A stretch of DNA of 64,000 bases from Opitutaceae bacterium (GTDB lineage: Bacteria; Verrucomicrobiota; Verrucomicrobiia; Opitutales; Opitutaceae): assembly GCA_050015855.1 (NCBI GenBank), contig JBEKAO010000001.1, positions 19,391 to 83,390 of the forward strand. Reading direction: 5' to 3'. This document shows, piece after piece, positions 46,237 to 55,555 of the stretch; position 1 is the first letter of the stretch, and each line of letters opens with the position of its first letter. A model generated the notes under the pieces. That model was not told the DNA's origin. It saw only the letters and a program-made list of their open reading frames with translations, and did no database searches. The position numbers were made by a program, and so were the translations under genes.

Positions 46237-47978
46237 TCACCGCACGCATCAACCAGATTGAAGTGCAGGTGCCGGAAGGCACGAGCATCCTCGACGCCGC
46301 CCGGCGCGTGCAGGTCAAGATCCCGACCCTGTGCAAGCACAAGGATCTCCACCCGACGGCCGCCTGCGGCATCTGCGTCGTCCGCAACAAGGGCGGCAAC
46401 AAGCTCGTCCGCGCCTGCTGCACCCCGCTTGAAAACGGCATGGAGATCGCGACGCACGACCACGAAATCGTCGACGTCCGCCGCTCCACGCTCGAGCTCA
46501 TCCTCTCGAACCACCCGCAGGCCTGCCTGACGTGCGGCCGCAACGGCGAGTGCGAGCTCCAGGCGCTTGCCGCCGACTTCAACATCCCGACGGACGCGAT
46601 CAAGCGCTACGTGAAGCCAATCCCGCCCGACCGCTCCACCGGCTCGATCATCCTCGAATTCCAGAAGTGCATCAAGTGCGGCCGCTGCATCCAGGTATGC
46701 CAGGAGGTGCAGAACGTCTGGGCCCTGTCCTTCCTCGAGCGCGGAATCAACACCCGCATGGCGCCCGCGGGCGACATCACCCTCGCCGAATCGCCCTGCG
46801 TGAAGTGCGGCCAGTGCTCCGCGCACTGCCCGACCGGCGCGATCGTCGAGAACGACGAGACGGCCATCGTATGGGAGGCGCTGCACGATCCGAACAAGGT
46901 CTGCGTCGTCCAGATCGCGCCGTCCGTGCGCGTGACGGTCGGCGAGGCCTTCGGGCTGCCGCCGGGCACCAACCTCACGAAAAAGCTCTACGCGGCCCTC
47001 CGCCGCCTCGGATTCACGGCGGTCTTCGACACGAACTTCTCCGCCGACCTGACGATCGTCGAGGAGGCGAGCGAGTTCATCGAGAGATTCGTCCACAAGC
47101 GCGGCCCCCTGCCGCTGATCACCTCCTGCTGCCCGTCCTGGACGGATTTCATGGAGAAGAACCACTACGATTTCATCGACAACTTCTCCACGGCAAAGTC
47201 GCCCCAGCAGATGCTCGGCGTCCTCGCCAAGACCTATTACGCGCAAAAGCTCGGGATAGACCCCTCGAAGATGTTCGTCGTTTCGATCATGCCGTGCACG
47301 GCGAAGAAGTACGAGTTGTCCCGGACGGACGAGATGTATGCGTCGGGCTTCAAGGACGTCGACGTGGCGCTGACGACCCGCGAGCTGGCCCGGATGCTGA
47401 AGCAATCGGGAATCGAATTCCTCGCCCTCGAGGACGGCGCCCCCGATTCGATCCTGGGCGACTACACGGGGGCCGGCACGATCTTCGGCGCGACGGGCGG
47501 CGTCATGGAGGCGGCGCTGCGCACCGCGTATTTCTACGCGACGGGCGAGAAGCTCGCCGGGATCGAGCTCGAGGCCGTCCGCGGCCTTCAGGGGGTCAAG
47601 GAGGCGACGATCATGGTCGCGGGGGCGCCCGTCCGGGTCGCCGTCGCCCACGGGCTCGCCAATGTGGAGCAGGTCCTGGACCGGGTCCGCGACGCCTGGA
47701 GGGCGGGCCGGGAGACCCCGTATCACTTCATCGAGGTCATGGCCTGCCCCGGCGGCTGCATCGGCGGGGGCGGCCAGCCCTACGGCGTCGACAACGAGCG
47801 CCGGAAATTGCGCATTGCAGGACTGTATCAGGATGACCGAGACTCCGCTGTGCGATGCTCCCATGAAAATCCCGAGGTCATCCGCGTTTACGCGGACTTC
47901 CTCGGCAAACCGCTCGGCGCCCGCGCGCACGAACTGCTGCACACGCGCTACACCGCGCGTCCGCTTTACAAGAGGTAG
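46233..47978 (+). CDS. hydA: [FeFe]-hydrogenase catalytic subunit (M3-type: 2Fe-2S, His-ligated 4Fe-4S, 2x 4Fe-4S, H-cluster)
   Basis: Track ORF 45900-47978 trimmed to ATG 46233 (ATGA overlap with hydB). H-cluster motifs: TSCCPSW (L1), MPCTAKKYE (L2), EVMACPGGCIGGGGQP (L3). Confidence 0.95.
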   Translation: MITARINQIEVQVPEGTSILDAARRVQVKIPTLCKHKDLHPTAACGICVVRNKGGNKLVRACCTPLENGMEIATHDHEIVDVRRSTLELILSNHPQACLTCGRNGECELQALAADFNIPTDAIKRYVKPIPPDRSTGSIILEFQKCIKCGRCIQVCQEVQNVWALSFLERGINTRMAPAGDITLAESPCVKCGQCSAHCPTGAIVENDETAIVWEALHDPNKVCVVQIAPSVRVTVGEAFGLPPGTNLTKKLYAALRRLGFTAVFDTNFSADLTIVEEASEFIERFVHKRGPLPLITSCCPSWTDFMEKNHYDFIDNFSTAKSPQQMLGVLAKTYYAQKLGIDPSKMFVVSIMPCTAKKYELSRTDEMYASGFKDVDVALTTRELARMLKQSGIEFLALEDGAPDSILGDYTGAGTIFGATGGVMEAALRTAYFYATGEKLAGIELEAVRGLQGVKEATIMVAGAPVRVAVAHGLANVEQVLDRVRDAWRAGRETPYHFIEVMACPGGCIGGGGQPYGVDNERRKLRIAGLYQDDRDSAVRCSHENPEVIRVYADFLGKPLGARAHELLHTRYTARPLYKR

Positions 47979-47982
47979 CCGG

Positions 47983-50013
47983 ATGCGATCCGGAGTCCTC
48001 GTGGCCGCGCTGCTAATCACCTCCGCCAGCGCGGCCGGGGAAGCGCCGGTATTGCTTCCGCCGTGGGTCGTCTCGGACACCCCGCTGCCCCCCGGTGCGG
48101 GCTCGGTCCGCGCGACCTCGCTATTGACCGACGATTCCTGGTCGGGAAGGGCGGTCGGGACCCTTTCCGAGGCGCTGAACCAGATTCCCGGCGCCATCCT
48201 CCAGGAAAGCTGGGGCGGATTCGAACCGCCCAGGATCTCCATCCGGGGCTCCGGTATCCAGAGCGCTCCCTCGAGCCGCGGGGTCGAGCTCCTTTTCGAC
48301 GGATTCCCGCTCGGCCTCGCCGACGGCTCGTTCAACAGCTCGCTCCTGGCCCCCCTCCTCAGCGAACGGATCGAGGTGGAGCGGGGGATCGACGGCTGGC
48401 GGGCGTCGCCCGAAGTGGCCGGCGGCGAGCTCAATTTTCTCCGCATCCCCGCGGACCAGGACGCGGAGGGCCTGCGCTTCGAGGCCGGTTCCTTCGGCGA
48501 ATTGAACGCCCTGGGCACGGAATCGCTCGTCCAGGGCGCGACGAGCGAGGCGACTGCGCTCTCCGTTTCGCAGCAGGACGGCTTCCGCGATCACAGCGGG
48601 CAGGCCCGGACGGCGCTCCTGGCCTCGCTGGGCCAGTCCTTCGGGGCCGATTCGCACGCCGATTTCGAAGTCTACCATGCGGAGGCCCGCTACGACGTTC
48701 CGGGCCCCCTTACGCTCGCGGCCGCGACCGGCGATCCCGCCGGCGTCTCGGCCGCCGTCCTCCGCGATCTCCCGGACCGCGCCTCCGCGATCACCCGCAT
48801 CGCCGGCTCGTTTGACCACAAGGGCTCGGACTGGGATTTCGAGGCCGGGGCTTCGTTCGCGCACACGACGGACGACTTTCGCCAGCTCCAGCCCAACGGA
48901 GTCACGATCTCGAACAGCGACGATGCCGACCTGCGGGCGGTGCTCGACCGCCGATTCAGCGGCGGAGCGGGGCCGAACGAGCTCCGCCTCACGGCCACGG
49001 TGGACCGCGGCTGGCGCGACGAGGGGCGTTACCTCAATAATTTCGGCCAGACCGGCGCGGAATTCGCCGACTTCGGTCTCTTTCCGACCACCGCTGTCCT
49101 GGAACTCGAAGACACCTTTTCCATAGCTCCGAACCTCGCCGGCACCCTCGGCCTCGCCCGCACCGAATCGACCCGCGACATCGAGGACCACAGCGGCGTT
49201 CACCCCTCGTCGAACCTCGATCTGTCCTCGGGCGCCACCCTTCCCGCGGCGAGCCTTCGCTGGCGTTTCGCCCCCGGGGACACCGCATTTGCCGGTCTCT
49301 CCACGACCTCGGAAGCCCCGACCTTTGACGATCTTCTCGTCACAACGGGCGCTTACCCGGCGCTCGGAAGCCAAAGCGAGGCGTTGAGCGCGCAGCGGAC
49401 GCTCACCGTCGAAATCGGCGCTCGCGGCAGCACCGGGCCGCTCGCCTGGGACGCGGCGGTCTACCGCGGTGCGTGGCAGAACGAAATCCTCGCCCTAGCC
49501 GACGCGAACGGCAATCCCCGCGGCTCCGTGAACGCAAGCCCGACGACGCACGAGGGAATCGAAACCTCCGCGCGATGGCTTCTCCTCGAGCGCCCGGTGC
49601 GCGTCTCGCTCAACGGCACGGCGACCTGGACCCACTTTGTGTTCGATGGCGATCCCGTTTACGGCACGAACCGTCTCGCGGGAAATCCGCCGTTTATCGG
49701 CACGGCCGAGCTCCTCGCCGACATCCCGAACGGGGGCTTCCTCGCCGCGGGCACGGACTGGACGGCGGGCGATACCCCCGTCGACCATGCGAACAAGCTC
49801 ACCTACGGCGGCCAGGCCAGGTCCCACGTCCGCGCCGGCTGGCACTTTGCGCCGTCCTGGACAGTATTTGCGGAAGTGCAGAACGTCTTCAACCGCGCCA
49901 CGATTGCGAGCACAGCCGGGGTCCTGGATCTCGCCCGCAACCCGTCGGGAACCGCGATCTTCCTCCCCGCTCCCGGGCGCTCCGTCGAATTCGGGGTGCA
50001 GTGGAGGCATTAG
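47983..50013 (+). CDS. TonB-dependent outer-membrane receptor
   Basis: Track ORF 47662-50013 trimmed to ATG 47983 (signal peptide MRSGVLVAALLITSASAAG). The plug region is RISIRGSG......RGVELLFDGFPL. A long beta-barrel with alternating pattern follows. It starts 4 nt after the hydA stop. Confidence 0.85.
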   Translation: MRSGVLVAALLITSASAAGEAPVLLPPWVVSDTPLPPGAGSVRATSLLTDDSWSGRAVGTLSEALNQIPGAILQESWGGFEPPRISIRGSGIQSAPSSRGVELLFDGFPLGLADGSFNSSLLAPLLSERIEVERGIDGWRASPEVAGGELNFLRIPADQDAEGLRFEAGSFGELNALGTESLVQGATSEATALSVSQQDGFRDHSGQARTALLASLGQSFGADSHADFEVYHAEARYDVPGPLTLAAATGDPAGVSAAVLRDLPDRASAITRIAGSFDHKGSDWDFEAGASFAHTTDDFRQLQPNGVTISNSDDADLRAVLDRRFSGGAGPNELRLTATVDRGWRDEGRYLNNFGQTGAEFADFGLFPTTAVLELEDTFSIAPNLAGTLGLARTESTRDIEDHSGVHPSSNLDLSSGATLPAASLRWRFAPGDTAFAGLSTTSEAPTFDDLLVTTGAYPALGSQSEALSAQRTLTVEIGARGSTGPLAWDAAVYRGAWQNEILALADANGNPRGSVNASPTTHEGIETSARWLLLERPVRVSLNGTATWTHFVFDGDPVYGTNRLAGNPPFIGTAELLADIPNGGFLAAGTDWTAGDTPVDHANKLTYGGQARSHVRAGWHFAPSWTVFAEVQNVFNRATIASTAGVLDLARNPSGTAIFLPAPGRSVEFGVQWRH

Positions 50014-50025
50014 CTCCTCCCGGCC

Positions 50026-50910
50026 ATGTTCGGAGCCATCGGCACGGCGCTCTGTTTCGCCCTGACTCCCGTCTTTGCGAATCGCTCGGCGAGCCGCCTC
50101 GGCAGCATTCCGGCCAACTTCTGGCGCCTCGTCATCGCGGCGATCGCGCTCGGACTCTGGGCGGTTCTTTTCGGGAGCGGCCTCCGCAGCGCGGCGTGGA
50201 GCTGTTTCTTTATGGGGGGAATCGCGGGCTTCGGCGTCGGCGGGGTTTCGATGTTCCTCTCCCTGCCCCGGCTAGGCTCGAGCCTATCGACCCTGATCGT
50301 GCAGTGCGTCTCCGCGCTGGCCGCCGCCGCGATTGAATTCGCGTGGCTCGGCACCTCGCTGACGGGAAGCCAGATGCTTTGGGCGGGCCTGACCCTCGCC
50401 GGCGTGGCGATCGGCCTTCTCCCGCGCAGCCTGGTGCGCGCCTCGCCGGAAAGATTCCGGGCGGGCGTCGGCTGGGCGCTTCTCTCCGCGGCCGGCCAGG
50501 GCGCGGGCGCCGTGTTCAGCCGAAAGGCATTCGCCGTCGCAGCGTCGCTGCACGAGCACGTCGATCCGGGCACCGCCGCTTATCACCGCGCCCTCGGCGG
50601 ACTGGCGTTCGGCGGCATCGTCCTGGCCATCGTCGCATTCTCCGGCCGCGCAAGGCCGCTTCGCGACTTTCGGTCCTGGCCGTGGGTTTTGGGAAACGCC
50701 CTCACCGGTCCGATTCTCGGGGTGACCTGCTTTCAATGGGCGCTTCGCACGACGCCCGCCGGGCTCGTCCAGCCGATCGTCGCAATCGCGCCGCTTCTCA
50801 CGGTTCCCTTCGCAATCCGGATCGAGCGCGCGGCCAGCCCCCGCCTGAGCTACTACGCCGGCGCCATCCTCGCGATCATTGGCGCCACGGGAATCGTGCT
50901 CGCGCGCTGA
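50026..50910 (+). CDS. EamA/DMT-superfamily transporter
   Basis: 294 aa with about 10 hydrophobic segments in two similar halves. It starts 12 nt after the receptor gene. Confidence 0.75.
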   Translation: MFGAIGTALCFALTPVFANRSASRLGSIPANFWRLVIAAIALGLWAVLFGSGLRSAAWSCFFMGGIAGFGVGGVSMFLSLPRLGSSLSTLIVQCVSALAAAAIEFAWLGTSLTGSQMLWAGLTLAGVAIGLLPRSLVRASPERFRAGVGWALLSAAGQGAGAVFSRKAFAVAASLHEHVDPGTAAYHRALGGLAFGGIVLAIVAFSGRARPLRDFRSWPWVLGNALTGPILGVTCFQWALRTTPAGLVQPIVAIAPLLTVPFAIRIERAASPRLSYYAGAILAIIGATGIVLAR

Positions 50911-50920
50911 TTTCGCCGGC

Positions 50921-51658
50921 TCAAGGGCTTCGAACCTCGGCCCGAATGACGATCGGGACGAGCCTTAGGCCTTTCCATATCTTTGGGAAGAATCCGATCG
51001 GCGAGTGCAAGGCCCGCAGGAGCCAGCCGAGCATCAGGCGGTCCGCCCAAACGGGAATTCCGACCTGCCGGTTGGAAAGGAAGGCGATCGCCGCCCCGGT
51101 GCAGATGATCGCGGGCCGGTAGGAGAGCCGGGAGACGAGGAAAAACCCGAGCCGCTCCTGGACCCCTCCGCGAATGTTCAAGATGACAAATGCCGGCCGT
51201 TTTTTCTCAATTTGCGCGAGAAGCTCGTCATCGCGCAGGCGCCCCGCCGGGTAAATGGGAGCCACGGTGCAGTCATCGGCCCCGACACCCAGGCCCTGGC
51301 CATTCAGCCACTCGCGGTTTGCCCGGGCATCCTCCGCCGATGGCATGACCCAGAAGGTCGCCCCGGCTCGGCGGAATTCGGGAAATGTCAGGAGTGCGCG
51401 AAGGTATCTCAGGCCGGATATCCGGGGGAGCCGCTCCCGTTTGAAGATCAGCCAGAGGAGGACGAAAAACCCGCTGTCGGTGATTGCAAGATCGCTCCCT
51501 TCCATGGCCTCACGGTGCGCGGGATCGATCGTGAGATCGACGAGTACCGGCGCCGATGGGACGACGATCAATCCGCCCCGCAACGTGCGGGCCAAAAGAC
51601 CCTGAAGGCTGCCAACGTAAAACCGGAGTCCGAGGATGTTTTTTAAATCCTCATCCAT
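50921..51658 (-). CDS. WecB/TagA/CpsF family glycosyltransferase (GT26)
   Basis: Track ORF 50921-51772 trimmed to ATG 51658. Family pattern: ...VVPSAPVLV......A......DL.I.DSGF.VL, F.LG......A...L........V....P.........I....P..V...G.P.QE. Confidence 0.8.
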   Translation of the reverse strand: MDEDLKNILGLRFYVGSLQGLLARTLRGGLIVVPSAPVLVDLTIDPAHREAMEGSDLAITDSGFFVLLWLIFKRERLPRISGLRYLRALLTFPEFRRAGATFWVMPSAEDARANREWLNGQGLGVGADDCTVAPIYPAGRLRDDELLAQIEKKRPAFVILNIRGGVQERLGFFLVSRLSYRPAIICTGAAIAFLSNRQVGIPVWADRLMLGWLLRALHSPIGFFPKIWKGLRLVPIVIRAEVRSP

Positions 51659-51713
51659 CCCGCCTTTATGCAAGCCGCCCCAACGGGCGGCAACTTGGAT
51701 TTTTCGGGCGGCC

Positions 51714-52832
51714 TCACCACCACTCGATCGGCCCCCTCGGCACGGGAATTCCCCCGATCTCGACGCCCTCATCCATGAATGACGCCACCATCGGCTTCAT
51801 CCGATACTCCGGCAACAGCTCGCCCGCCGCGTCGCAGAACCGGCTTCGCCACTCCAGGTACTCCGCGATCGCCGCCTCGAATTCCGCCTTCGACCCGATC
51901 GTGTGCACCCGCTGCTTGAACGCCTTCGCGGGCCCGAACCTTTTCGCGTACCACGGAGCCACCTTTCGGAAAAGCCGGGCCCCGTGCTCCTCGCCGAAGA
52001 ACTCGCAGTAGCGCTCGAAATGCCGGCGCATCACCCGCAGCCGTTCCTCAAAGCCCGCTTCCGCCTGCACCTCCCCCGTCCTCAGGTATGCCTCCGTCCT
52101 TCTGAAAATCCACGGATCGTAGAATGCGCCCCTGCCGATCCCCACGCCCGAGCACCCGGTCGCCTCGATCATGTGCTTCGCCGCCTCCGGGGTCGTGACA
52201 TCCCCGTTTCCGATCACCGGAATCGAACGAACCGCTTCCACGACCGCCCGGATCCCCTCCAGATTCACCTTCCCGGAGAATCCCTGCGCCCGCGTCCTCC
52301 CATGGACGAATACCGCCGCGATGCCCGCCCCCTCGAGCGCCCTCGCCAGTTCCGGCGCCGTGATGTTTTCCGCATCCCATCCCAGGCGCATCTTTGCCGT
52401 CACCGGAATCTTCACCGCCGAGACCATTCCCTCCACCAGCCTAACCGTCCCCCGAAAATCCGTCATCATCGCCGACCCTCCCCCGATCTTCGTCACTTTC
52501 CTGACCGGGCAGCCCATGTTGATGTCCACGGCCTGAACCCCAAGTTCCTGGCACTTGACCGCCGCATCCCGCATTTCCTCGTCCACGCTGCCAAAAAGCT
52601 GCACCGCCAGCGGCCGATCCTCCCCGCAGCTCGCCACCAGCCTCATCGCCGCTGGATTCCCCTCGATCAGCGACCTCGCGTTCACCAGATCCGTCGTCGC
52701 CCATCCAAGCCCGCCCAGCTCCCTGACGGTCAGGCGCATGGGCAGGTTTGTGTAACCCGCCAATGGCGAGAGGAACAGGTTCGACGAGAGATTGTAGGGG
52801 CCGAGGCGCACGGGCGGTCTATTGGGTGACAT
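51714..52832 (-). CDS. tRNA-dihydrouridine synthase
   Basis: 372 aa. Boxes: LSPLAGYTNLPMR, LAVQLFGS, DINMGCPVRKV, HGRTR. A C-terminal helical extension is present. Confidence 0.9.
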   Translation of the reverse strand: MSPNRPPVRLGPYNLSSNLFLSPLAGYTNLPMRLTVRELGGLGWATTDLVNARSLIEGNPAAMRLVASCGEDRPLAVQLFGSVDEEMRDAAVKCQELGVQAVDINMGCPVRKVTKIGGGSAMMTDFRGTVRLVEGMVSAVKIPVTAKMRLGWDAENITAPELARALEGAGIAAVFVHGRTRAQGFSGKVNLEGIRAVVEAVRSIPVIGNGDVTTPEAAKHMIEATGCSGVGIGRGAFYDPWIFRRTEAYLRTGEVQAEAGFEERLRVMRRHFERYCEFFGEEHGARLFRKVAPWYAKRFGPAKAFKQRVHTIGSKAEFEAAIAEYLEWRSRFCDAAGELLPEYRMKPMVASFMDEGVEIGGIPVPRGPIEWW

Positions 52833-52948
52833 TGCGGATCCCGAACCGCGTTGGCAACCGCCCGGCGGCCGATGCGTCGTTTGCCGTTTTGGCTTGCGGG
52901 CGCCTTTTCCCAGAAGGTATTAGATCACGTTCCGACGCTTGAGATGAT

Positions 52949-53034
52949 GCCCGGGTGGTGGAATTGGTAGACACGCAGGTCTCAGAAGCCTGTGCCTTAA
53001 CAGCATGGGGGTTCGAGTCCCCCCTCGGGCACCA
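52949..53034 (+). tRNA. tRNA-Leu (anticodon CAG), type II with long variable arm, CCA encoded
   Basis: Hand-folded. The acceptor stem is GCCCGGG/CTCGGGC (one G-U). The D arm is GTG-GAATTGGTAGA-CAC. The anticodon stem is CAGGT/GCCTG with loop CTCAGAA. The T arm is GGGGG-TTCGAGT-CCCCC. The discriminator is A followed by CCA. Confidence 0.95.
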
Positions 53035-53083
53035 CCTGGTTGCGCAACTTTTTCGCGGACAGTAGTGGACAACGCGCTGCAAG

Positions 53084-55384
53084 TTATGGCGTTGCCACGA
53101 CCGTTCGACGAACGCGGCACCAGAGCGCCGCCCAGACGGCCCAAGCCAGACCCGAAATCCACAAACCCGCTGCCAGTCCGGAAGGTTCGTAGTAAAACTG
53201 GATGAGATGATGGCCGGCGGCAAGCGGCGTTGCCCGGACCACATAATCGGCGGCCATAACCTGGTAGTCCGCCTGGCTGCTGCCGGGAAGCGACCGGGCA
53301 TGCCAGTCCAGGCTGTACGGATCGGTGACCAAAAGAAGCGCTGGATTGGGAAGGTCCGCCTCGACCGTCAGCCGGTCGGCCGATTGTTCGATCACGCGGA
53401 CGCGGCCGGGGACCGCGCTGGGTTGGGGTTGGGGACGAGGCTCGCGTTCCAAGAGCACCGTCCTCCGGGGATCGAAGCCCGGTTCGCCAAGAGCGGAGAG
53501 CAGTGCGCGCCGATCAGGCACCACGCGATAGCGCGAGACCAACTGGATCCGGTCCAGGGCGCCCGGTATTTCATGAGCCCTCAGCTGGGCCTGTGAGTCG
53601 GCGTAAAAAATATAGCGCAGGCGCAGGAGCGAGTAGATTGGGGAGGATTTGCTGAAGATCAGCTGCTGAGTCGCATGGTCGGGATCGCCGCCTTGGGTAA
53701 ACGTCATGAACTCTGCGTACCGCCGTAGCAGCGCTGGGTCATCGCCCCAGATGTCGGCCGTGCCGATCAGAAAACCGTTATTGGGCACGATCAGATCCTG
53801 GATCCGATAATCTCCGGGGTGAGCGGCCAGGTACTCGGTGATTTCCGGGTGCACCGCGTCCGCGGCGTGAAAATATCCAGACTGGGTCACGGCGAAGGCG
53901 ATCGTCTCGATCGGCAGCAGGGCCAGCAGCGCCAACCCCGCCCGGGGACGGAAACGCGTCGTGGCCAGTGCGGCCCCGCTTAGGATCGCCAGCGCTCCGG
54001 CTGTGGCGAGCGATTGGCCCGCTTGCGCACCGGCGGCCTGGATCGTGGCGGGTGCGGTGAAAGTGGCGGGAGGCAAATAACTTTCGCCGCTATCCCTGAC
54101 GTTAGCGAGGAAAGGAGCGATCCGCTCCGGGTTTGACCCCAGTGCCCAGCCGCCGGCCACAAAGGCGCAGCCGAGCACACACGCCGCGAGTGCAAGAAAG
54201 AGGGGAGGCCGGCGGAGTCGCAGAAGGGCATCCGCCCCCCGTCCGATTGCCAGGACCAGGAAAAGCGCGGCGGGAAACGAGAATTTCGACCAGCCTCGGA
54301 AACGGCCGAGTCCCGGCCCGAATTCGTATAGCAGACGAAACAGCGGCGTGTGGCTGCCGAGCGCAAGGACCAGCAGCAGGGCAACTGCACCCAGATCCGA
54401 GCGCGTGGTGCGCCGGCTCAAGGGATCCGCCGTCGCCACCAGAATGAGAAAGAGTCCCGATACCCCGAGAAAGAGCGACATTTCCCAGGAGACCCAGCGT
54501 CCCCAATACAGATGCCGGATGGATTCGCCGAAGAATCCGGGCGCGACCGCAGTCAGCAGATTTTCAGGCGGAAAGGAAAACTCGCCAGCGACGACCATGT
54601 CGAGGTGCTGCTGGCGCAGCCCTTCGCCAGCCGCCGCCAGGCCGGGCAGAAGTTGCGCGGCCGCCAGTGCCGCTCCCAGGAGATAGGCGGCGCCCAAGCC
54701 GGGAAACGCGCGGCGTCGTGCCTCGGGCAGGGCCAGGGTCCGGACCGCGGCGCGGAGCAGCGCTGCCACGCCCAGACAGAACACATATTGAACTTGACCG
54801 GCCAGGATTTGGAAGGCCACTGCCGCGCCGGCGAGCAGCAGGCCCTGCCGCGTTCCGCTGTCCTGCCACTGATCGAGCCCGGCGAACATCCAGGGCGCCC
54901 ACGCGAGGGTGCAAAGATTGGGTAGTTGCCCCGCGTAAAAATGGGGAAACACTGGTCCGGTTAGCGGCAGGATCAGCCCGCAGAGCGCAGCGGCGATCGG
55001 ATGCAATCCGCGCTGGCTGGCCCAGCGGTACATTCCGCCGCTGAGGATGAATCCGTGGATCAGCAGGGACAGATGGGCCGCCCTGAATAGGGGAAAAACC
55101 AAGAAGAGGAGATTGGGTGGATAAAACACGGCTGATTGAAAGCCGGCGAGGAAGGGCTCTCCGGAGTACGTGTAGGGGTTCCATAGCGGCAGATGGCCTT
55201 TGCGCAGAGCTTCGGCGGCGAACGACCGCCACGCCAGAAATTGGTGGCTCAAATCCCCCGCATCCGAGCCGAACAGCAAATCCGGGGGCAGGAGGAAAAT
55301 GACCGCGACCCCCGCCAAAAAAAGAAGGGTGGCCGCCCGCGGGCACCATCGTTTCCAATCCGGGGATTTCGGAGGGGCGACCAT
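53084..55384 (-). CDS. YfhO-like large polytopic membrane protein (putative glycosyl-transfer/lipid-linked glycan function)
   Basis: 766 aa. The N-terminal pattern is GDLSHQFLAWRSFAAEALRKGHLPLWNPYTYSGEPFLAGFQSAVFYPPN, followed by many TM segments and a C-terminal soluble domain. Confidence 0.7.
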   Translation of the reverse strand: MVAPPKSPDWKRWCPRAATLLFLAGVAVIFLLPPDLLFGSDAGDLSHQFLAWRSFAAEALRKGHLPLWNPYTYSGEPFLAGFQSAVFYPPNLLFLVFPLFRAAHLSLLIHGFILSGGMYRWASQRGLHPIAAALCGLILPLTGPVFPHFYAGQLPNLCTLAWAPWMFAGLDQWQDSGTRQGLLLAGAAVAFQILAGQVQYVFCLGVAALLRAAVRTLALPEARRRAFPGLGAAYLLGAALAAAQLLPGLAAAGEGLRQQHLDMVVAGEFSFPPENLLTAVAPGFFGESIRHLYWGRWVSWEMSLFLGVSGLFLILVATADPLSRRTTRSDLGAVALLLVLALGSHTPLFRLLYEFGPGLGRFRGWSKFSFPAALFLVLAIGRGADALLRLRRPPLFLALAACVLGCAFVAGGWALGSNPERIAPFLANVRDSGESYLPPATFTAPATIQAAGAQAGQSLATAGALAILSGAALATTRFRPRAGLALLALLPIETIAFAVTQSGYFHAADAVHPEITEYLAAHPGDYRIQDLIVPNNGFLIGTADIWGDDPALLRRYAEFMTFTQGGDPDHATQQLIFSKSSPIYSLLRLRYIFYADSQAQLRAHEIPGALDRIQLVSRYRVVPDRRALLSALGEPGFDPRRTVLLEREPRPQPQPSAVPGRVRVIEQSADRLTVEADLPNPALLLVTDPYSLDWHARSLPGSSQADYQVMAADYVVRATPLAAGHHLIQFYYEPSGLAAGLWISGLAWAVWAALWCRVRRTVVATP

Positions 55385-55501
55385 CTACCGGCAGGTTTGC
55401 CGGGCGGCGGGCGCAGGGCAAAAGGAAACGGGGTCGCGCCCCTGCATATTATTTTGGACGATCCGGCGGATTGGCCGATTTACTCGAATTGGCCGGGAAC
55501 A

Positions 55502-55530
55502 TTGACTGCGCTAAATGCGTTTTTTAGAAT
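55502..55530 (+). promoter_or_regulatory. Near-consensus sigma-70-type promoter (TTGACT-N17-TAGAAT)
   Basis: The -35 element is 55502-55507, the spacer is 17 nt, and the -10 element is 55525-55530. This is 26 nt upstream of ATG 55556. It assumes E. coli-like promoter rules apply here. Confidence 0.45.
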
Positions 55531-55555
55531 CTAGGTAGAGAACCGTGCCACAAAT

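Noticed and set aside
43538-50013. hydE/hydF/hydG maturase genes next to the hydrogenase
   Set aside because: No radical-SAM (CxxxCxxC) or GTPase maturase ORFs are present in or around the operon within this window. They are presumably encoded elsewhere.
52949-55384. A tRNA-Leu-associated integrative element
   Set aside because: No integrase or recombinase gene follows the tRNA. I could not find a direct repeat of the tRNA 3' end downstream. The adjacent gene is an ordinary YfhO-like membrane protein at typical GC.
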